The position numbers and the translations under genes were made by a program. DNA of 63,757 nucleotides, counting the filler. It is 8 parts of 8 records of this genome, joined end to end, with 100 filler letters (N's around TTAATTAATTAA, not from the genome) between each part and the next. Parts side by side here need not be neighbours in the genome. Positions count along the whole stretch, not along the records: positions 49,960 to 57,393 come from SRR7504441_2214; positions 57,494 to 63,757 come from SRR7504441_2216; 6 more parts are not named here. One strand, 5' to 3'. The notes under the pieces were generated by a model that was not told where the DNA came from, ran no database searches, and worked only from the letters and a program-made list of their open reading frames with translations. Below are positions 56,828-63,757 of this stretch, one piece after another (the first letter of the stretch is position 1; every line of letters starts with the position of its first letter).

Positions 56828-57393
56828 CACGCGCAGCTCGGTTTGTGGTCGAGCTGTACTCTTCGCGGGCCACCGGTCACTTCATGCCTAGCTAGCTTTC
56901 GTGTGAGCTATTGATAATGGCAATTTCCGCGGCGGCCATCACCCTCCTCTAGCTGGTTTCTGTTTGAGTTGCATTGGGACCCCCTCTGGGCCTACTCTGG
57001 GCCGGCGCGGACCCTGCGATTCGAGAGGGTCTACTCATTTGGCCATTTGCACCGTACAAGTCGTTAATTGATTAATCAATGACATGAATATGTCGTTGCG
57101 TGTAGTATGTATACAAGACGCCCACGGGTACGCGTCGTCGAAACTAAGTACAGATAAATTACATGTGTAATCATGAGTACACGTTTGGCAAACCCTTCAA
57201 TGCGTCAGGTTGTCGCGGATGAGCTGGATAAGCTGAAGACGTCAGAAAACAACACGGTCGCCGATGGCTCAGATGGCCCCGATGGCTCACATCCCCAAAA
57301 CAACATGGATCGCATTTCACCGGCCCGGGGGTTAGTTGAACTCCTTCTGCACTTCCTCGTGAACCCTGTGCAAAGAATGGCTGATCACTTCCG

Positions 57394-57493
57394 NNNNNNN
57401 NNNNNNNNNNNNNNNNNNNNNNNNNNNNNNNNNNNNNTTAATTAATTAANNNNNNNNNNNNNNNNNNNNNNNNNNNNNNNNNNNNNNNNNNNN
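57394..57493. other. Artificial contig linker
   Basis: N-run with TTAATTAATTAA. Confidence 0.98.
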
Positions 57494-58527
57494 GTGTCAG
57501 GTACAGCCACAGCCGCCACTGCTCCTTCCGGGTCAATGTAGCCAGCAACATGAGTATCCAGCGGCACGCAGAGCTCATGCTCAGAGAAGCCTGATTCCGG
57601 CTCCGGAGCCCCGCGCCCTGTGTGTGCTTGTATCCCCCAGATCTCTGGGGATGCCACCAGCGTGCACTCGAACTGTGCCTGGGCCGCCAAAGCTTGCCAA
57701 AGTGGCTCGCTTGCACAAACTTGCTGCATCGCCTGGCAGCTTTGAGCAAACAGGCAGACCAAGCGCACCGAGCCGGATTTGGCCAGAATCAGCTGCATCA
57801 GGTTGTGGCTCAGGTTGAGCCAGGGCTTGAACTCGCGCACTAGCCGCAGCCACGCGACGACATTGACCCGGCTGCCACTCGAGACTGGGTCGGCCCCGTG
57901 CATGTGCTGACCTTGATGTACCAGCCCGCTGCCCACTCGGTGCGGCACCGGCACAAACATCGGCTCGGGCTGCTGGTCGTCGAGCTGAGGCTCGGGCTGC
58001 CCATTGACCCAACGGACGTTGGACTGGTAAGGCTCGGTGGGCATAAGCTTATCTTGAAGCGCCAGCCTACTTGCGGTATCTGCCTCCGGGTGGTCCGCTT
58101 GGTACTGATCGACCAGGTTGTACACCTCGTTCACTGCCACCGGGTCGCTGGCCAGCAGCAGATCGCCCCCAGCGAACTCCTTCCCGACGCACACGTTCAA
58201 CGTAAGGCAGCTGTCGTCCAAATGCGGCTGGTGCCTCTCACCGGTTGGGCTGGTGTACTCGATCACGAACGCGTGCGTCATCTCCACCCGGGCCTGCGGC
58301 TTGCGTGGGCCCACCAGCGCCTCCTGCACCTGGTCCAGCGCTCGGTCGAGGAGCCCGGGGCACAGTTCGTCCAGAGGCAGCCCGCGCTCCGGAGAGAGCC
58401 GGGGGCAGACGGCCGGATCGGCGAGCTTGAGCGCGGCGAGCTTGGCGCAGACCGACTGGCACTGATCGGGCGAGAGCAGCTCGGCCCGCCAGACCCCCGG
58501 CGGCTCGAGCACCCAGCCGCCCGGCAT
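57494..58527 (-). CDS. 2OG-Fe(II) dioxygenase (OGFOD2/PLOD-like) fused to an F-box; 3' end missing
   Basis: AFVIEY..PHLDDSCLTLNVCVGKEFAGGDL..HQGQHMHGA.PV.SGSRVNVVAW, then WLNLSHNLMQLIL..LFAQSCQAMQQVCASEPLW. Confidence 0.8.
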
Positions 58528-58571
58528 GTGTTCGTTCCGGAGCTGCCTCCACGCCACCTGGGCGGGAAGTT

Positions 58572-58577
58572 CAACGG
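58572..58577 (+). promoter_or_regulatory. YAACGG element in the 54-bp divergent gap
   Basis: CAACGGC between the ATGs at 58527(-) and 58582(+). Confidence 0.55.
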
Positions 58578-58581
58578 CAAG

Positions 58582-59921
58582 ATGGCAGCTAACACAGCTC
58601 GGTGGGTGGTAGCAGCCGGCACCTCGGTGGCACCCGCGCTGGGGAAGGGCTCAGCCCGGGGGGCGCAGGCGGCGGCACTCGGGCTAGCGGCCTACGTCCT
58701 GTGGCGCCGAGCCAGTCGCCGGTTGCCGTTCCTGGACAACCCAGCTCCGGCCGACTCGGGCAAGCCGATGCGGCTGGCGGCCAAGCACCAGGCGCCCGGC
58801 CGGGCCACGGGTGAGGGAAGGCCCGGGGCAGCTGTCGCACGACACCTGGCGGCTGGTGTTTGGGCTAGACCAGCCAGATCAGCCGCTCGGGCTGCCGGTC
58901 GGCGGGCATCTGATGCTCTTCTGTCCGCCTGCGGGCCCGCCGGCCAAGCCGGGCGAATGGAACGGCCGACCGGACTCGGAGGTGCCCCGGGCCGGGGGAG
59001 TGGTGCCAGCCCCGGGCAGGCGGATGCGGAGGTTATTCAGCGGAAGTACACGCCGACCTCACCGGTGACCGCTCTGGGGGAGGTAGAGCTGGTCGTCAAG
59101 GCGCGCGCGGGTGGTGGGCACTGGCGGACTCAGGGGGCAGCTGTACATGCCTGATGGCGACCGGTGGGCGGATGGTGGCAAGATGTCCCGATTTTTGTCC
59201 CAAATGCGCGTGGACGACAGGATTATGGTTAAAGGCCCGCTGGGAGGGATCCGGTACAATGGACAAGGCGAGTGCGCAGGAGGCCAGCGGTGACGGGCAG
59301 GGCAGGCAGCTTTACAGTGCACGGCAAGCCGGTCCAGTGCTCTCAGATCGGGATGATCGCAGGCGGGACTGGTACGTGCAGCGCCATTGCTAGTGCCGAC
59401 TCTGGCCAGGGATCACACCGATGCTTCAGATAATGCAAGCTATCGCAGCTGACTCGGCCGACAGCACTCGAGTCCGATTGCTTTTTGGGAACCAGGCGCG
59501 TGCAGGGCTGCCTGGGCTGCTGAGCGGGGGCTGCAGACTCCGGATGACATCCTGCTGCAGCATGAGCTCGAGCAGCTCCAGCTGGCCCCCGGGGGACAAT
59601 TCGGCGTCTGGTTCACCGTCGACCGACCGTCCGCGGCCTGGCCACCTGCTGGACAGCGCGACCAACCGGCCGAGCTCTCGACCGGTGGCAATGCGCGCCG
59701 AGTGTTTGTTGAGGCGACGGGGCAGGGTTTGTAGACCCAGCAAAGATCAGTGCGGCCCTGCCGCCGCCAGGTGAGCCCGTGGGGCGGGGCGGGCGGGAGT
59801 GCGTGGGGCAGAGGTGGACGGGGAGCCGAGCGTGGTGCTCATGTGCGGGCCGCCGCCGATGGTCAAGTATTGCAGGCAGCACCTCAAGGCTCTCGGCCAT
59901 CAAAAGATCTTTTGTTTCTGA
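58582..59921 (+). CDS. CYB5R: NADH-cytochrome b5 reductase, 9 introns
   Basis: LSHDT..F.L, LGLPVGGH, RKYTP, GGKMS, KGPLG, GMIAGGTGITPMLQ, LLFGNQTPDDILL, MCGPPPM; four GC-AG introns. Confidence 0.93.
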
Positions 59922-60122
59922 AGCGTAGACTTGATGATATAGCTCGCATCACCATATAGTAGAGTATAGACTAGACGTCGATCTTCTAATGATTTATTGA
60001 ATTCGTGTGTCTTCTAAAACGAGTGATCGAATCACCCCTCTCCACTTGCCGAGCGTCCGTTACGATTTTGTTTAATATTGTCCAGCCAACAATATCAAGA
60101 CCGTGATCGATTCGTCGATTGA

Positions 60123-62832
60123 TCAAAAGTCCTCAGCAATGATGGACACAACGAGCGAGGACCACCCGTTGAACGGCCTGGCTCGCTGCCCGGAGCCATC
60201 CAGGTCCGAGTACTGCTCCCAGAGGTAGTTTGTCTCCCGCCACACCTTGTGCATGTTTCGCACCACGTTCGTCCGGAGTTCATCATAGATCGCCTTGGCC
60301 TTCTCCTGCTGAGGCCCCTCAACCGTCGCATAGTGGTGTAACCCATAAAGCGCCAGATACTGCAGATTGATCCAAATCGCCCCCCGCCAGTACGGCGCGT
60401 CGCCTGGCGCGTTCTCCCTGTGGTAGTAAGCAGACTTCTTGGAGAGCGAGCGCAGGCCCCAGTCCGTCCAGAGCTGCCCCGGGTCCCTGATTGATGCTAG
60501 CACGGCCTCGAGCTGCGGCGCGTCCGTAGGGAGCAGCCGGAGCATCACTGGGAACAGCGAGACGTACCCGACGTGCTCCACGAACCGGTTGGCGAGCTTG
60601 GATGCAACAAACACTTCTTTTTGGAGCATGCCGCCTTTGCCATCTCCGAGCGGCCACTTGAAAAGAGGGTGGCTGGCAGGACATGCAGCGCGAGGGTCCT
60701 GATCCTGGCGGACGGTGGACTGGGCGCCTTCGCCCTTGGCGTTGTGGCACTGGATCACCACCTGCTGCTCGAACCGGCCTTTGTTCGAGTGCCGGCCAAA
60801 GTCGTTAAACGCATTGGCCCGAGCATTCCAGTGCAGCGGCACCACCAGCCCGGACAACTCAGCGGCGCGAGCACTGTACTTCTCGGCTAGAGCCTGCCAC
60901 AGCTCAACCCCATCAGGGCCGGGCGCACCGCATCGCCGAGGTGGGCCGCCAGCTGTGCAAGCACAGCGTTGGCTTTGGCGATCCAGCAGAGCAAGTCGAC
61001 ATGCCGCTCATCGCTTGTCGGATCCGACGCCCGTGGGTAGTCATCGAGCCCCGACGAGAGCGTCATTGCGTTCAGCCTGTTGTCGCCCTTGTCCCGTCCG
61101 CGCCAGAGGTACGCCTCAGCTGCGCTGCCACTCAGCGGCCGGCAGCAGGGCAGTGCACCGTGTGAGCCGCGTTGGGTCCTGTCAAACCACTCAAGCCAGC
61201 GCTCGAGCACAGGCAAAGCCGCCCGGAGCAACGGCTGAACCGACGGCGCCACCGGCGGCCGGAGCAGTCGTTCTACGACCAGCATGAGCGTGGGCGGGTT
61301 GGCCACCGAAGGGCTCTGGGCCACAAACTCGCGAGGGACGCGCCGGATCGCTTCGACGCCCAGGATCTGCTCGCTGCCCCACCAGGTAAGAGCGCGCCAT
61401 GTGGACGGTGAGGCGCGGACCGGGGGATCCAACCATCGGAGCGGGAGAGCTCTAGCCAGTGTCCGAGCACATCGCCCGAGATGGCTGGTTCCCACCAACT
61501 GACCAGCAGCTGGTGGAATCCCTCGTCCCACAGGAAGCCTGAACCCCCGACCATCCGGCCCACACGCCAGGCCCGGCCCACCGCGAGGGAAGAACGGCCG
61601 GCAGGGCACAGCGCTGAACAGCGGGACTACCGGTCCGATCACCGGGCTGGCCCTGCCTGGATGCTTCTCTAGCGTGCCGCCGTAGAAGTATCCGTGCCCG
61701 CCGAGCAACGCTGAAAGCGCATACCTGGCCGGCCAGCTCGCCTGCAGAGCTCGCACTGGCGCACCGGGCGAACGGCAGCTGATCGTGCTCGACCTTGCCC
61801 GAGAGCTTTGCGGCCAAACGGCTATCAAACTGTGCAGCCGCCTCACTGAGCTGCGTAGAATACTTCTCCGGGGACACGAGTTGCCCGCCAGAGGCGCCCG
61901 GGCTGTACCCAAAGTGCAGATCTGGGGTGCGGTCCAGAGCATAGTGAACCATCACGCAGCTGGCCCGCTGCTGGCCCGACCCGCCGCCTCCACGCCTGCC
62001 GTACCGTCACAGCCTGTCATGGACGCTAGTGCACGTACCTCGCCACCACTCGCTCGGCGTGCCGTTCCAAGGTCTGGAGCAGCACGCTCCGGTTGGCGTG
62101 TACCGTCCCGCCGGCCGGGGCTAGAATCTCGAACGGCCCAACCGGAGACTCGACGGCCGACAGGCTGATTCCTGCACCTGAAGAGCTCGGCGGCTCAAAG
62201 CTGTGCCGGGGTGGAGAGAGCTCCTCATCGGGCGTGTGCGCCTCCCGATCGTCGATCATGGCCGCGTACAGCACGAGCGACACCGCCGGCATGGGGTGGG
62301 TGCCGTTGAGCGCCGAACCGGACACGCGGGCCTGCCAGATCGGCCGGCCGTCCGAGTCGGCCCGCTTGACGAACGAGGTGTGCAGGACCAGATTGGCTGC
62401 CGGGTCTTTGAGTGTCTGCTCGCCGAAGCTGAACCCGTCGTGCCGCTCCCACCCGTACTGGCTCAACCCGTCGGCCTGGTCGCACTGGTGCCGCACCACG
62501 GTACGGCCGTCGCGCTCGAAACCCCAGAGCAGCCCGACAACCACAGACTCAGGGCCCTGCCGCGGACGGAGCCCGAAGTAGACGTTGGGCCGGTACGAGC
62601 CCCAGAGCATCGAGGCGTTGTGCTCGGCCGACAGATGCGCGAGCAACTGGCGGGAGGCCGGGCAGCTGGCCGGTTCGTCGGTCGGCTGCGCCCGGACCAG
62701 CCAGCCGCCGGCCAGCCCGGCGAGCAGCGCCAGCCCGGCCCAGACCGCCCGACGGGACAGCCCCGACCGCTCGGTCGGTCCGCTCGCCGCCGACTCCTTG
62801 GGCTGCCTCTTGGCCTTGGACTTGCCTCCCAT
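60123..62832 (-). CDS. MOGS: Mannosyl-oligosaccharide glucosidase I (GH63), several introns
   Basis: Type-[96 protein letters not shown]. Confidence 0.95.
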
Positions 62833-62860
62833 ACTGATGATCACCCGGCCGTGGCGCCTT

Positions 62861-62866
62861 CCGTTA
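62861..62866 (-). promoter_or_regulatory. YAACGG element in divergent gap
   Basis: TTCCGTTA between the ATGs at 62832(-) and 62953(+). Confidence 0.5.
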
Positions 62867-62952
62867 CTTTGGCCTCCGCTGGCTGCTCCGCACGCAGTGG
62901 GTCCAGGGGTGTGTCGGCGGCGGGCACCTACCGCTAATCCAGGCGCGGGGAG

Positions 62953-63757
62953 ATGTCGGTGGCCGAGTTCCGGAAGCTAGAGGGCGCGTTGCGCGACTCG
63001 ACCCGGCTGGTGGGCATGATAAACAAGCTGCACGACCGGCTGTCCAAGAGCTCGTTCGGTGAGCGGCAGGCCACCCCAGGGCTGAGCCTCAGCAGACCAA
63101 ACTGTATTTGACGCGGCCACCGAGAAGGACTGTCAGCGGTTGGCCGAGCTGTATGAGGAGGCGATCAGGGCGGCCGAGGAGGAGGACAGGTCTGCCCCCT
63201 CGCCCCGCCCGCGGGCCAGCGATCCGCAGGAGCGCCGGTCGTTCGCTCAAGACAGTCCAACAAGAGTTCGGGATGGGAGGTTCGGGCCCATCCAGAAAGT
63301 CGGCAGGTGCCCCCCTATTGCCCCGCCCGGGCCAGCGATCGGCGCAGTCCCACGGGAGAGCAACTTCTATGCCGAGAGAAACTCCTACCCGTCGCAAGTG
63401 CCGCGATGGCCGTGGGCCCGGCCCAAGCGGGGGGCAGGGCGGCGGGCAATACCAGAGGCCCAAGGGGCGGCCTGCTCCGATTGGAGACAAGCCCAAGAAA
63501 ATCTTTCCAATGGGCACCCAGGTGTTGTTAGCCATCGGGAAGTGGCCGACTCCAGTCAGGTGGCGTGTAAGATTGTTCAGTTTGGGATGGAGCCCTCCTG
63601 GATCCTGGCCTCGATCATGGAGTACGTGGGCGCCACCAAAAAGTGCCCCCCGCTGCCTACCCGCGGATGCTGAGCCCGGTGCAGGTATCGAGTCAAAGAC
63701 GAGGATCCGGAGACGCCCACGATCACGTGCTGCCGAGCCAGGGGGGGGGGGGGGGGG
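62953..63757 (+). CDS. SGF29: SAGA-associated factor 29 (tandem Tudor), 3' end outside the window
   Basis: N-terminal RLAELYEEAIRAAEEE; Tudor VACK..WILASIMEY..TKK|YRVKDED across short introns. Confidence 0.75.

Noticed and set aside
57173-57393. Plus-strand ORF MSTRLANP.. and a minus-strand IQLIRDNLT resembling the 14-3-3 C-terminus
   Set aside because: Too short and cut by a gap; flanking residues do not match 14-3-3. Probably the 3' end of an unknown minus-strand gene, but not supportable.
9041-57493. Seven recurring TTAATTAATTAA motifs within N-runs
   Set aside because: Artificial 100-nt scaffolding linkers; adjacency across them is not evidence of synteny.
403-63673. Numerous long Arg/Pro/Ala-rich overlapping and antisense ORFs (e.g. 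15870-17087, 57898-59154, 46007-46657)
   Set aside because: Shadow frames of GC-rich coding sequence with no domain signal.
63741-63757. Terminal poly-G run
   Set aside because: At the window edge; likely a sequencing or assembly artefact, or a G-rich intron that cannot be evaluated.

Overview
Eukaryotic (protist-type) nuclear DNA, made of eight contigs joined by seven artificial 100-nt N...TTAATTAATTAA...N linkers. The lineage cannot be fixed from this window. It is very gene-dense (about 37 genes or fragments). Recognisable genes include a Kelch-ectodomain receptor kinase, ARP6, a DEK-like protein, DUF3228, transketolase, a PKD2-like channel, VMA21, a SulP C-terminus, a Pls-type NRPS C-terminus, a eukaryotic RNA-dependent RNA polymerase, an RGS protein, cytochrome b5 reductase, glucosidase I (MOGS) and SGF29. 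The most striking signal is a regular genome grammar. Genes alternate strand almost perfectly (27 of 29 neighbour pairs within contigs). Divergent start codons lie only 54-161 bp apart. Thirteen of 18 inferred promoter intervals contain YAACGG[A/C], a Myb-type site. Convergent 3' spacers are AT-rich and packed with the palindrome GTAC. Introns are mostly 35-45 nt, GC-rich, with weak donors and about a quarter GC-AG. GC content falls from 5' to 3' in long genes. Unusual proteins include a possible VPS13/ATG2-like lipid bridge fused to EF-hands and an 8-TM domain, an LRR/C-type-lectin receptor fused to a multipass domain with a PDZ-like insert, a TPR protein carrying a catalytically dead phosphagen-kinase domain, and an RdRP paired head-to-head with a Zn-finger/ankyrin gene. 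All exon structures and family calls were made by eye; no searches were run.
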